Assembly: GCF_000017305.1 (NCBI RefSeq)
Contig: NC_009664.2
Coordinates: 1,380,001-1,412,000 of the forward strand
Origin: Kineococcus radiotolerans SRS30216 = ATCC BAA-149
Lineage (GTDB): Bacteria > Actinomycetota > Actinomycetes > Actinomycetales > Kineococcaceae
DNA: 32,000 nt
Direction: 5' to 3'
The translations under genes and the position numbers were made by a program. How positions within the stretch are numbered: position 1 is the stretch's first letter; the number at the start of each line of letters is the position of its first letter. Positions 24,235-32,000 of this stretch are shown here, piece after piece. The notes under the pieces were generated by a model. That model ran no database searches and was not told the DNA's origin. It saw only the letters and a list, made by a program, of their open reading frames with translations.

Positions 24235-24831
24235 TCAGCGGGAGGTGCGCAGGGCGTCGTCGACGGAGACGACGCCGTCGCGGTAGCGCCGGGTGATCTC
24301 GTCGGTGCACGCGTCCATCGCCACCTGCACGCGGTGGCGGTCGGCGGACAGCTCGTGCTCCAGGCCCTCCAGGCGCCGGCGCGCCGCGGCGAGCTGCGCG
24401 TCGTCCATGGCCGTGAGGTCGGACAGGTGCGGGTCGGCCACCGCGAGCTCGGCCCGGCGGCGGTGCTCGCCCACCCGGCTCGGCTCGACCGAGGTGAAGC
24501 GCCCCATCCCGTGGTCGGTGCGGCGGGGGTCGGCGAGGATGTCGGTGAGGGAGGCGACGAGCTCGGCGTCGCTGCGGGCGTGCGAGACCTCGCCCGGCGC
24601 CCCGTCGGTCCCGGCGCGGCGGGCCTCCTCGGCCTCGAGCAGGTCGAGGCGCCCCTGGATCAGCCGCCGCGCGTAGGAGAGGTCGGCCTCCTCCTGCTCC
24701 GCGACCGTGCGGTGCTCGCGCAGGGTCGGCAGGTCCATCCCCTGCAGGTCGTCCAGGAAGTCGGGCGCCAGCACCCGGTCCAGCGCCCGCCGGCCCCCCA
24801 CCTGGTACCCGCTGACCTGCTCCTCGGTCAT
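24235..24831 (-). CDS. rsiG: RsiG-like anti-sigma factor candidate with two c-di-GMP-binding ExxxSxxRxxxQxxxD motifs
   Basis: 198 aa from ATG 24831 (MTEEQVSGYQ...), with GGGGAG 6 nt upstream. Motif 1 is EADLSYARRLIQGRLD (aa 48-63, nt 24643-24690). Motif 2 is EHELSADRHRVQVAMD (aa 158-173, nt 24313-24360). Both lie in predicted long helices. Confidence 0.7.
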   Translation of the reverse strand: MTEEQVSGYQVGGRRALDRVLAPDFLDDLQGMDLPTLREHRTVAEQEEADLSYARRLIQGRLDLLEAEEARRAGTDGAPGEVSHARSDAELVASLTDILADPRRTDHGMGRFTSVEPSRVGEHRRRAELAVADPHLSDLTAMDDAQLAAARRRLEGLEHELSADRHRVQVAMDACTDEITRRYRDGVVSVDDALRTSR

Positions 24832-24896
24832 GACCGTCTCCCCCGTCAGAAAACCACTCCAGGCGACAACTGCACCACGCAGCGTGCTGAACCCCG

Positions 24897-24926
24897 AGTA
24901 TGACCCACCCGGCTGCGGCACGTCAG
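24897..24926 (-). promoter_or_regulatory. Candidate sigma70-type promoter for the rsiG-like gene (CTGACG-18 nt-CATACT)
   Basis: The minus strand reads CTGACG (24926-24921, overlapping the ygfZ stop), then 18 nt, then CATACT (24902-24897). Each hexamer matches its consensus at 4 of 6 positions. Confidence 0.3.
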
Positions 24927-26005
24927 GGGGCGACCACGACCTCCTGGGCCGCGGCCAGCGGCCGGGCCTCGCCCTGCGCCGACCCGGCCACCGCGAACAG
25001 CTCCGCGTCCACCGGCAGCGAGCGCTTCAGGACCGCCAGCGCCACCGGCCCCAGCTCGTGGTGGCGGGCCGCGGTGGTGACGAACCCGACGCGCCGGTCC
25101 CCGTGCACGACGTCGTCGCCGTGGGCGGGCAGGTCGTGGGAGGAGCCGTCCAGGTGCAGCAGGGCCAGCCGCCGCGGGGGCCGGCCCAGGTTGTGGACCT
25201 TCGCGACGGTCTCCTGCCCCCGGTAGCAGCCCTTGTGCAGGTGCACCGCGGTGCGCAGCCAGTCCAGCTCGTGCGGGATGGAGCGCTCGTCGGTCTCCAG
25301 CCCCAGCCGCGGGCGCCAGGCCTCCACCCGCAGCGCCTCGGTGGCCCAGGTCCCGGCGAGGCGGCGCCCGGCGACCGCGGCCACCAGCTCCGCGCGCGGG
25401 ACGAGCACCTCGCGCCAGGGCCGCTCGGTCCCGGGGTGCTCGAGGGTGGGGACCGCGGAGTAGCTCGCGGTGTCGGCGCTGCCGCCCTCGTTCGCCGGCG
25501 TCGCCCCGGGCCAGGGGTCGACCCAGACCGGACCCAGGGAGGACTCCGCCGAGCGGCTCGGCTCGCCCAGCACGGCGAACTCCGCGCTCACGTCGGCGAT
25601 CTCCACGCGCAGGGCGAAGCGCATGCGCTCCAGCCACGTCCGCAGGGCGTCGACGGACCCGGGCTCGACGGTGATCCAGGTGGCGTCGCCGTCGTCGACG
25701 AGGTGCAGCGCGTGCTCGACGCGCCCCTGCGGGCTCAGCACGAGCGTCTCGGTGGAGACCCCCGCCCCCAGACCCGTGAGGGCCTGGCTGGTGATGCTGT
25801 GCAGCCAGCTCAGCCGGTCGGGCCCGCTCAGGCGCAGCACGCCCCGGTGGGAGAGGTCGGCGACGGCCTCCCCGCCCACCAGCGCGCGCTGCTCGCCGTG
25901 CGGGTCGCCGTAGTGCCAGGCGACCCCCGCGTCGGGGCCCTCGGCGGCGACGGCGCCGGGGGTCCCCAGCAGGGGCGAGCGGTGGTCCTCGGTGACTGCG
26001 CTCAC
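24923..26005 (-). CDS. ygfZ: Folate-binding YgfZ/CAF17 family protein (GcvT-like fold)
   Basis: 360 aa starting VSAVTEDHRSPLL, with segments ...WHYGDPHGEQRAL..., ...DLSHRGVLRLSGPDRLSWLHSITSQ... and ...KGCYRGQETVAKVHNLGRPPRRL.... The KGCYxGQE motif is the YgfZ hallmark. AGGAGGA lies 5 nt upstream of GTG 26005. Confidence 0.85.
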   Translation of the reverse strand: MSAVTEDHRSPLLGTPGAVAAEGPDAGVAWHYGDPHGEQRALVGGEAVADLSHRGVLRLSGPDRLSWLHSITSQALTGLGAGVSTETLVLSPQGRVEHALHLVDDGDATWITVEPGSVDALRTWLERMRFALRVEIADVSAEFAVLGEPSRSAESSLGPVWVDPWPGATPANEGGSADTASYSAVPTLEHPGTERPWREVLVPRAELVAAVAGRRLAGTWATEALRVEAWRPRLGLETDERSIPHELDWLRTAVHLHKGCYRGQETVAKVHNLGRPPRRLALLHLDGSSHDLPAHGDDVVHGDRRVGFVTTAARHHELGPVALAVLKRSLPVDAELFAVAGSAQGEARPLAAAQEVVVAP

Positions 26006-26015
26006 GGCGCTCCTC

Positions 26016-26438
26016 CTACTGACGGCGACACCGGGCGCACCGCCCGCGGAGGGCGAGGTGCCCGGTGTCGACCTCGAAGTCGTTGCGGGACAAGACCTCA
26101 GCCGCCACCGGGGCGGCGAGGGACGAGGGGGCTTCGGCCACCTGGCCGCACCCGTCGCAGACCAGGTGCAGGTGCCCCCCGTGCTCCACGGCGTGGAACG
26201 AGGGGACCCTGCGGTCCAGTTGGGTGCGGGCCACGAGCCCGACCTCCTCCAGGACCGCGAGCGCCCGGTAGACGGTCGAGGGGTCCACCGGGGACGAACC
26301 CGGCTGGGCGGCCAGGTGTTCCGCGACCTCGTCGGCGCCGGCGTGGCCCAGGGTGCGGACGGCGTCGAGGACCCGGCGCCGCTGCGGGGTCAGGCGCAGG
26401 CCGCGGGCGTGCAGCGCCGTGCCCAGGTCGCCGGTCAC
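26016..26438 (-). CDS. Fur family transcriptional regulator (metal or peroxide specificity not determinable)
   Basis: 140 aa. It carries LRLTPQRRRVLDAV...STVYRALAVLEEVGLV (winged helix), a His-rich HAVEHGGHLHLVCDGCG segment and a terminal CARC, giving the CxxC...CxxC structural Zn site. Confidence 0.88.
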   Translation of the reverse strand: MTGDLGTALHARGLRLTPQRRRVLDAVRTLGHAGADEVAEHLAAQPGSSPVDPSTVYRALAVLEEVGLVARTQLDRRVPSFHAVEHGGHLHLVCDGCGQVAEAPSSLAAPVAAEVLSRNDFEVDTGHLALRGRCARCRRQ

Positions 26439-26448
26439 GGGGAGGACC

Positions 26449-26991
26449 TCAGGACACCCGCTTCAGCCGCGCCGAGGCGTAGCTGCGCAGCGGGTGACCC
26501 TCGAGGGCGACGTCGAGGGCCCAGAGCAGGTCGCCCTCGACCATCCCGTACATGCGGTTCCCGGCGGTGTACTCGTGCGCGGTCGCGGTGCGGGCCACGA
26601 CGTCGCTGCTGAGGTCGATGCGCGGGCCGCGCGCGGTGCCCACGAGCACCTCCACCACCCCGGTGGGGTGGGCCAGCAGCACCTCGAGCTCGACCGGGCG
26701 CGGGCCCTCGGCCGGGGCGGGGGTGTCCAGGTCCACCGGCTGCGGGCGCCAGTAGCCGGTCTCGACGTCCAGCGGCTCGGTGGTGCTCCCGTCCTCGTCC
26801 AGGGCCCAGGTGGTCGAGGTGTAGGTGAGGAAGTCCCGGCCGTCGTGGCCGAACTCGACCACCTGCCCGAAGCGGGTGTCGGAGTCCCCGCGGGCGGGGT
26901 GGCCCAGGACGCCCGCGCCCTCCCAGCGGCCGAGCAGCCAGGAGAGCGGGACCAGCGTCAGCGGGGTGTCGGTGCGCAGGGGGAGGGCCAC
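26449..26991 (-). CDS. FABP-like / nitrobindin (UPF0678, DUF1794) family protein
   Basis: 180 aa from GTG 26991 ([28 protein letters not shown]...). It shows the nitrobindin beta-barrel pattern. The longer track start (27042) has A/T-rich third positions and overlaps a better-coding small ORF. Confidence 0.8.
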   Translation of the reverse strand: MALPLRTDTPLTLVPLSWLLGRWEGAGVLGHPARGDSDTRFGQVVEFGHDGRDFLTYTSTTWALDEDGSTTEPLDVETGYWRPQPVDLDTPAPAEGPRPVELEVLLAHPTGVVEVLVGTARGPRIDLSSDVVARTATAHEYTAGNRMYGMVEGDLLWALDVALEGHPLRSYASARLKRVS

Positions 26992-26993
26992 GG

Positions 26994-27101
26994 TCAGCGC
27001 TGACCCTTGTAGAGGCGGTACACCACGAAGCAGGCGAACCACGCGATGACGATCGACACCACGATCAGCAGGACGAGGAAGAAGACTTCGAGGGCGTGCA
27101 C
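26994..27101 (-). CDS. Small single-pass membrane protein (35 aa), not in the ORF track
   Basis: GTG at 27101-27099 through TGA at 26996-26994 encodes [35 protein letters not shown]. 33 of 35 sense codons end in G/C, whereas the competing frame does not show this. The stop lies 2 nt before the nitrobindin GTG. The upstream SD is weak. Confidence 0.5.
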   Translation of the reverse strand: MHALEVFFLVLLIVVSIVIAWFACFVVYRLYKGQR

Positions 27102-27167
27102 CCGCCCGAGCCTACCCGCGCGCCCCCCGGCGGGCGGCCGGACGTGGGACGGGTCACTCCCCGCCCC

Positions 27168-27959
27168 TCACAGCAGGACGAGCCGGCCCACCAGGTAGGC
27201 CGCCGCTCCCGAGGCCGCCACCGGCACCGCGGCCACGGCGAGGGCCGCGGGCAGCGAGCGCACCCGCGGCAGGCCGCCGGTCAGCGCGCGCCACGCCGAC
27301 ACCAGCAGCCCGACCCCGGCGCCGGCGACGACGCCCGCCACCGCCCAGCGCCCCTCGGACACCACGCCCTGCCCCCCGAGCAGGACGACGGCCTCACCGG
27401 CCAGGTAGCCCGTGGCCGCCCCCACCACCAGGTTCAGCGGACCCACCACGCGCAGCGGCCAGGTCGTCGCCGACACCGCGCCCGCGGCGACGACGGCGGA
27501 CAGCACGACCGGGGCCAGCGGGGCGCCGGCGTAGGTCGTGGGCACCGCGACCCAGGCGGCGGCCAGCACCACGAGGGCCTGCCCGCTCACCGCGCCGGTC
27601 ACCGACTCCACCAGCCGCGGGCGCCCGTCGCGGCGCAGGAGCTGGTGGACGAAGGCCAGCAGCAGGGCCAGGGCGGCGACCACGGGCAGCTGCCCCAGCA
27701 CCCCGGAGGCCTGGGTGCCCCCGGAGCGGGCGGCGAGGACGGCGACGGTGACGACGACCCCCGCGCCGAGGGCGGTCAGCACGACCACCGCGCTCGTCCC
27801 GCGCGGGGTGGGCAGGTCGAGGAGGTCGGGCCAGCCCGCCGCGACCAGCGCGCAGACCAGGAGCACCGCCAGGGCCAGGACGCCGACGTGGGCGAACGAC
27901 GCGAGGGCCACCAGGCCCGCCAGGGCGAAGGTGGCCGTCGCGGTCGCGGAGGAGCTCAC
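27168..27959 (-). CDS. Hypothetical integral membrane protein (about 8 TM helices, Ala/Val/Leu/Gly-rich)
   Basis: 263 aa from GTG 27959 ([22 protein letters not shown]...). The sequence is continuously hydrophobic with high GC3. The N-terminal extension of the 524-aa track ORF is the antisense shadow of glnR. Confidence 0.65.
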   Translation of the reverse strand: MSSSATATATFALAGLVALASFAHVGVLALAVLLVCALVAAGWPDLLDLPTPRGTSAVVVLTALGAGVVVTVAVLAARSGGTQASGVLGQLPVVAALALLLAFVHQLLRRDGRPRLVESVTGAVSGQALVVLAAAWVAVPTTYAGAPLAPVVLSAVVAAGAVSATTWPLRVVGPLNLVVGAATGYLAGEAVVLLGGQGVVSEGRWAVAGVVAGAGVGLLVSAWRALTGGLPRVRSLPAALAVAAVPVAASGAAAYLVGRLVLL

Positions 27960-28115
27960 CGGGTGATCCTCGCAGAGGCCGCCCCTCCGGGCGGGGGGGC
28001 TCCGCGCCACGTCCAGGTCACGCGTAGGCTGCGCCCCGTTATCCTTCCCACCTCGTGGTCCGCGCCCCCGCGCGCGTCCCCACGGCCCGATGCGACACGG
28101 AGGGCAGGACAACGG

Positions 28116-28895
28116 GTGGCCCAGATCCTCGTGCTGACGAACGCGCTCACCCCCTCGACCGACGTCCTGCCCGCCCTGGGGCTGCTGCCGCACACCGTCC
28201 GGGTCCTGCCCGCCGAGGCCTCCGTCCTCGTCGACGAGCCGACCTCCGACGCGGTCCTGGTCGACGGGCGCCGCGAGCTCGCCGCGGCCCGCTCGCTGTG
28301 CCGCCTGCTGCGCACCACCGGCCTCTCCCAGCCGCTGCTGCTGGTCGTCACCGAGGGCGGGATGGCCGCGGTGGCCGCGGACTGGGGCGCCGACGACGTC
28401 CTCCTCGACACCTGCGGGCCCGCCGAGCTCGACGCCCGGCTGCGGCTGGCCGCCGGGCGGGCGCACCGCTCGGCGGAGGACCCCGCGGGGGGCGCCCCCG
28501 ACGAGATCCGCGCCGGGGACGTCGTCATCGACGAGGCCGCCTACTCCGCGCGGGTGCGCGGGCGCCAGCTGGACCTCACCTACAAGGAGTTCGAGCTCCT
28601 CAAGCACCTCGCCCAGCACCCGGGGCGGGTCTTCACCCGCGCCCAGCTGCTGCAGGAGGTGTGGGGCTACGACTACTTCGGCGGCACCCGCACCGTCGAC
28701 GTCCACGTGCGGCGGCTGCGCGCCAAGCTGGGCGCGGAGCACGAGAACGCCATCGGCACCGTCCGCAACGTCGGCTACCGGTTCGTCTCCTCCGCCCGCG
28801 ACCTGGCCGACGACCTCGCCCTGGGCGCGGAGCCGGAGGGCCTGGACCCCTCCCCCGACCTCGGGCGGGCGACGCCCCCCGGCCCCGGCCGGTGA
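28116..28895 (+). CDS. glnR: Global nitrogen regulator GlnR (atypical OmpR-family orphan response regulator)
   Basis: 259 aa starting [34 protein letters not shown], with the segment ...[37 protein letters not shown].... The stretch [51 protein letters not shown] is nearly identical to the GlnR of Streptomyces and mycobacteria as I recall them. It is followed by mshD as in Mtb Rv0818-Rv0819. Confidence 0.9.
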   Translation: MAQILVLTNALTPSTDVLPALGLLPHTVRVLPAEASVLVDEPTSDAVLVDGRRELAAARSLCRLLRTTGLSQPLLLVVTEGGMAAVAADWGADDVLLDTCGPAELDARLRLAAGRAHRSAEDPAGGAPDEIRAGDVVIDEAAYSARVRGRQLDLTYKEFELLKHLAQHPGRVFTRAQLLQEVWGYDYFGGTRTVDVHVRRLRAKLGAEHENAIGTVRNVGYRFVSSARDLADDLALGAEPEGLDPSPDLGRATPPGPGR

Positions 28896-29803
28896 GCCCC
28901 GCCCCCGCCGGCGCGACCGCCCTGCCCGGCCCCCTGCCCGGGGACGTCCACGACGCCGTCCTGGCGCTGGCCGCCGCGGCCTCCCGCGCCGACGGCGCCA
29001 CGTCGCTGTCCGAGGACGCCGTCCTGCGCCTGCGGGCCGGGGACGGCGCGGTGCAGCACCTGGTGCGCCACGAGGACGGGGTCCTGGCCGGCTACGCCCA
29101 GCTGGTCCCCTCCGGCGACGGCGAGGGCGACGGGTTCGAGGGGGAGCTGCTGGTGCACCCCGGGCACCGCCGCCGCGGCCACGGCGGCGCCCTGCTCGCC
29201 GCGGTCGAGGAGCGCGCCGGCGCGCGGCCGGTGCGCCTGTGGTCCCACGGCGACACCCCCGGCGCGTCGGCGCTGGCCGCCCGCGCGGGCTGGACGCGCG
29301 CCCGCGAGCTGCTGCGGATGGAGCGGACGAGCGCCGGGCTGAGCGACCTCGCCGTCCCCGACCTCGCGGCCGGCCTGGCGGTGCGCCCCTTCGTGCCCGG
29401 CGCCGACGACGCGGCCTGGGTGGCGCTCAACGCCGCGGCCTTCGCCACCCACCCCGAGCAGGGGCGCTGGACCCTCGACGACCTGCGCGCGCGGCTGGCC
29501 GAACCCTGGTTCGACCCCGCGCTGCTGCTGCTGGCCGAGGCCCCGGACGGTCTCGCGGCGTTCTGCTGGATGAAGGTCGAGGACGGCCTCGGAGAGCTGT
29601 ACGTCCTCGGGGTGGACCCGGCCCGCTCCGGCGCCGGGCTGGGCCGGGCGCTGCTGGTGCGGGGCCTGCGGGCCGTGGCCGGGCGGGTGGACCGCGTCGA
29701 CCTGTACGTCGACGGGGACAACCTGCGCGCGGTGCGGCTCTACGCGGGGCTGGGCTTCTCCCGCGCCGCCACCGACGTCCAGTACGCCTCCGGCCCCCGG
29801 TGA
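28892..29803 (+). CDS. mshD: Mycothiol synthase (tandem GNAT acetyltransferase)
   Basis: 303 aa from GTG 28892, which overlaps the glnR TGA at 28893-28895. It has two GNAT-like halves ([17 protein letters not shown] and [20 protein letters not shown]) and the typical C-terminus [18 protein letters not shown]. Confidence 0.9.
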   Translation: MSPAPAGATALPGPLPGDVHDAVLALAAAASRADGATSLSEDAVLRLRAGDGAVQHLVRHEDGVLAGYAQLVPSGDGEGDGFEGELLVHPGHRRRGHGGALLAAVEERAGARPVRLWSHGDTPGASALAARAGWTRARELLRMERTSAGLSDLAVPDLAAGLAVRPFVPGADDAAWVALNAAAFATHPEQGRWTLDDLRARLAEPWFDPALLLLAEAPDGLAAFCWMKVEDGLGELYVLGVDPARSGAGLGRALLVRGLRAVAGRVDRVDLYVDGDNLRAVRLYAGLGFSRAATDVQYASGPR

Positions 29804-29805
29804 TC

Positions 29806-29867
29806 GTTCACCCGCCGTTCCCCTGACCTGCGCCGACGCGTCACCGGCGGGCGGCCGGCGGGTCACC
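29806..29867 (+). promoter_or_regulatory. PHO-box-like direct-repeat array upstream of ppk1
   Basis: GTTCACCCGCC (29806-29816) is directly followed by GTTCCCCTGAC (29817-29827). GTCACC then occurs at 29840 and again at 29862, inside an imperfect 22-bp tandem duplication. The array lies 43-104 nt upstream of the ppk1 ATG. Confidence 0.45.
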
Positions 29868-29894
29868 GCGCGGGCCGGCGACGACGGGGCGCAG

Positions 29895-29903
29895 TGGCAG
29901 ACT
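29895..29903 (+). promoter_or_regulatory. Candidate extended -10 (TGGCAGACT), 6 nt upstream of the ppk1 ATG (leaderless pattern)
   Basis: The sequence reads TGgCAGACT-ggcgcc-ATG(29910). The hexamer has C instead of T at position 1, hence the low confidence. Confidence 0.3.
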
Positions 29904-29909
29904 GGCGCC

Positions 29910-32000
29910 ATGACGGCCACGACACGCGCCACCGCCCCCCTGCCTGCCGTGAGCCCGGTCGAGGAGCCGACCGAACTGCCCGAGGACCGCTTCGCCGACC
30001 GCGAGGTCTCCTGGCTGGCCTTCAACGAGCGCGTGCTGCAGCTGGCCGAGGACCCCGACGTCCACCTGCTGGAACGGGCCCGGTACCTGTCGATCTTCGC
30101 CAACAACCTCGACGAGTTCTTCATGGTCCGGGTCGCGGGGCTCAAGCGCCGCATCGCCACCGGTCTGGCCGTCACCGCCGCCAGCGGCCTGGAGCCGCGC
30201 CAGGTGCTCGACGCGATCGCCGTGCGCGCCCACGAGCTGACCGAGCGCCACGCCGCCGCCTTCCTGGGGTCGGTGCGCCCCGCGCTGGCCGAGGCCGGCA
30301 TCACCATCGTGCGCTGGGACGAGCTCTCCCCCGGCGAGCAGGTCCGCCTGCACGGGTTCTTCCGCGACATGGTCTTCCCGGTGCTGACCCCGCTGGCGGT
30401 GGACCCGGCCCACCCGTTCCCCTACATCTCCGGGCTGTCCCTGAACCTGGCCGTCGTCGTGCGCAACCCGACCACGGACAAGGAGCACTTCGCCCGGGTG
30501 AAGGTGCCGCCGCTGCTGCCGCGGTTCGTCGCCGTCGAGCCGGCCGAGGGCGAGGACCCCCGCGACGCGCGGTTCGTTCCCCTGGAGGACGTCGTCGGCG
30601 TCCACCTGGACCAGCTGTTCCCCGGCATGGAGGTCGTGCAGCACCACACCTTCCGGGTCACCCGCAACGAGGACCTCGAGGTCGAGGAGGACGACGCGGA
30701 GAACCTGCTCCAGGCCCTGGAGAAGGAGCTCCTGCGCCGCCGCTTCGGCCCGGCCGTCCGCCTCGAGGTCGCCTCCGACATCGACCAGAAGGTGCGCGAG
30801 CTGCTGGTCCGCGAGCTGGGCGTGCACGAGCAGGAGGTCTACGAGCTCCCCGAGCCCCTCGACCTGCGCGGGCTCGGCGACATCGCCGACCTCGACCGCC
30901 CGGAGCTGAAGTTCCCCAAGTCCGTCGCGCGCACCCACCGCGACCTCACCGACGGCGCCGAGACGGCCAAGCCCTCCGACGTGTTCGCGGCCATCCGCAA
31001 CCGCGACGTGCTGCTGCACCACCCCTACGACTCCTTCTCCACGAGCGTGCAGGCGTTCCTGGAGCAGGCCGCGGCGGACCCGAAGGTCCTGGCCATCAAG
31101 CAGACGCTGTACCGGACCTCGGGCGACTCCCCCATCGTCGACGCCCTCATCGACGCCGCCGAGGCCGGCAAGCAGGTCCTCGCGCTGGTCGAGATCAAGG
31201 CCCGCTTCGACGAGCAGGCCAACATCACCTGGGCCCGCAAGCTGGAGCAGGCCGGCGTGCACGTCGTCTATGGCCTGGTGGGGCTGAAGACGCACGCGAA
31301 GCTGAGCCTGGTGGTGCGCCAGGAGTCCGGCGGGCTGCGCCGCTACTGCCACATCGGCACGGGCAACTACAACCCCAAGACCGCGCGGGTCTACGAGGAC
31401 ATGGGGCTGCTCACCGCCGACCCGCAGGTCGGCGAGGACCTGACCCGCCTGTTCAACCAGCTCTCCGGCTACGCGCCCAAGACCGCCTACAAGCGGCTGC
31501 TGGTCGCGCCGCGCTCGCTGCGGACCGGGCTGGTGGACCGCATCGACCGCGAGATCGAGAACCACCGCCAGGGCCAGCCCTCCGGGGTCCGGATCAAGGT
31601 GAACTCGATCGTCGACGAGGGCGTCATCGACGCGCTGTATCGCGCCTCGGCGGCGGGCGTGCCCGTCGACGTGATCGTCCGCGGGATCTGCGCCCTCAAG
31701 CCGGGGGTGCCCGGGCTGAGCGAGAACATCCGCGTCCGCAGCATCCTGGGCCGGTTCCTCGAGCACAGCCGGATCTTCTGGTTCGCCTCCGGCGGCGACC
31801 CCGTCGCCATGATCGGCAGCGCGGACATGATGCACCGCAACCTGGACCGCCGCGTCGAGGCCGTCGTGCGGCTCAACGACCCGCGGCACGTGCGCGAGGT
31901 CTCGCAGCTGCTCGACCAGTGCATGGCCGACACCACGAGCTCGTGGCACCTGGGCGCGGACGGGACGTGGACGCGCCACCACCGCGACGCCGACGGGGCC
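29910..32000 (+). CDS. ppk: Polyphosphate kinase 1; the 3' end runs off the window
   Basis: This gene is not in the ORF track because it is open at the window edge. ATG 29910 opens a stop-free frame of 697 codons to position 32000. It reads [10 protein letters not shown]...[54 protein letters not shown]... and contains the phospho-His motif [13 protein letters not shown] (His codon at 31293-31295). The 713-aa antisense track ORF (29841-31982) is its shadow. Confidence 0.93.
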   Translation, partial: MTATTRATAPLPAVSPVEEPTELPEDRFADREVSWLAFNERVLQLAEDPDVHLLERARYLSIFANNLDEFFMVRVAGLKRRIATGLAVTAASGLEPRQVLDAIAVRAHELTERHAAAFLGSVRPALAEAGITIVRWDELSPGEQVRLHGFFRDMVFPVLTPLAVDPAHPFPYISGLSLNLAVVVRNPTTDKEHFARVKVPPLLPRFVAVEPAEGEDPRDARFVPLEDVVGVHLDQLFPGMEVVQHHTFRVTRNEDLEVEEDDAENLLQALEKELLRRRFGPAVRLEVASDIDQKVRELLVRELGVHEQEVYELPEPLDLRGLGDIADLDRPELKFPKSVARTHRDLTDGAETAKPSDVFAAIRNRDVLLHHPYDSFSTSVQAFLEQAAADPKVLAIKQTLYRTSGDSPIVDALIDAAEAGKQVLALVEIKARFDEQANITWARKLEQAGVHVVYGLVGLKTHAKLSLVVRQESGGLRRYCHIGTGNYNPKTARVYEDMGLLTADPQVGEDLTRLFNQLSGYAPKTAYKRLLVAPRSLRTGLVDRIDREIENHRQGQPSGVRIKVNSIVDEGVIDALYRASAAGVPVDVIVRGICALKPGVPGLSENIRVRSILGRFLEHSRIFWFASGGDPVAMIGSADMMHRNLDRRVEAVVRLNDPRHVREVSQLLDQCMADTTSSWHLGADGTWTRHHRDADGA

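Noticed and set aside
26992-27042. GTG 27042 as the start of the nitrobindin gene (track ORF 26449-27042).
   Set aside because: The extra 17 codons have A/T-rich third positions and overlap the better-coding 35-codon ORF in another frame. GTG 26991 yields the conserved N-terminus.
28016-28026. GGTCACGCGTA upstream of glnR as a PhoP/RegX3 site (PhoP-GlnR cross-talk is known in Streptomyces).
   Set aside because: It is a single degenerate unit without a phased partner, which is not enough to call.
30083-30095. The 13-mer GTACCTGTCGATC inside ppk1 is identical to one arm plus centre of the 12341-12358 palindrome (a possible second operator).
   Set aside because: Only a half-site is present, with no inverted partner. 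It encodes the conserved PPK1 motif RYLSIF, so coding constraint explains it.
1-32000. Search for CRISPR arrays, IS elements/transposases, integrases, prophage genes, toxin-antitoxin pairs, restriction-modification or other defence modules, tRNA/rRNA genes and compositional islands.
   Set aside because: I saw none. There are no spaced direct-repeat arrays, no terminal inverted repeats flanking a transposase-like ORF and no cloverleaf-capable low-GC segments. Composition is uniformly high-GC apart from slightly lower GC in the highly conserved carD.

Overview
This is a very GC-rich (roughly 70-75% by eye, codon third positions almost all G/C) Actinomycetota chromosomal segment, densely coding on both strands. 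Gene content and local order match core actinobacterial regions: carD-ispD-ispF, senX3-regX3 with divergent phoU, gpmA-mshA, glnR-mshD and ppk1. I support 34 protein-coding genes. Two are cut by the window edges and so are missing from the ORF track, and one is a 35-codon ORF below the track's size cut-off. I found no rRNA, tRNA, CRISPR array, transposase, integrase or recognisable defence gene. The only accessory-looking block is a six-gene minus-strand operon (3211-12307): APC permease, two DUF1989 proteins, a ~1200-aa biotin-dependent urea/guanidine carboxylase, allophanate hydrolase and a TetR regulator. Every junction in it is a 4-nt start/stop overlap. Its 241-bp leader has no guanidine-riboswitch-like sequence. 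It carries instead an 18-bp perfect palindrome, GlnR-type boxes and a 4-copy 11-bp tandem repeat. Other points worth a second look:
- An RsiG-like protein with two intact ExxxSxxRxxxQxxxD c-di-GMP motifs.
- A recurring GTTCACCCGC (PHO-box-like) 10-mer at three intergenic sites, in the same window as the phosphate two-component system.
- A probable CTG start for ispD overlapping the carD stop.
- An unlisted small membrane ORF ahead of a nitrobindin/Fur/YgfZ string.
- Seven genes with a TAnnnT-like hexamer 6-7 nt before the start codon (leaderless pattern).

Many long ORFs in the track are Arg/Pro/Gly-rich shadow frames of real genes and are rejected. I did not find convincing evidence for a wholly new multi-gene system. 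The best leads are regulatory rewiring and unassigned functions around known families. All functional calls are from reading the translations, not from database searches.
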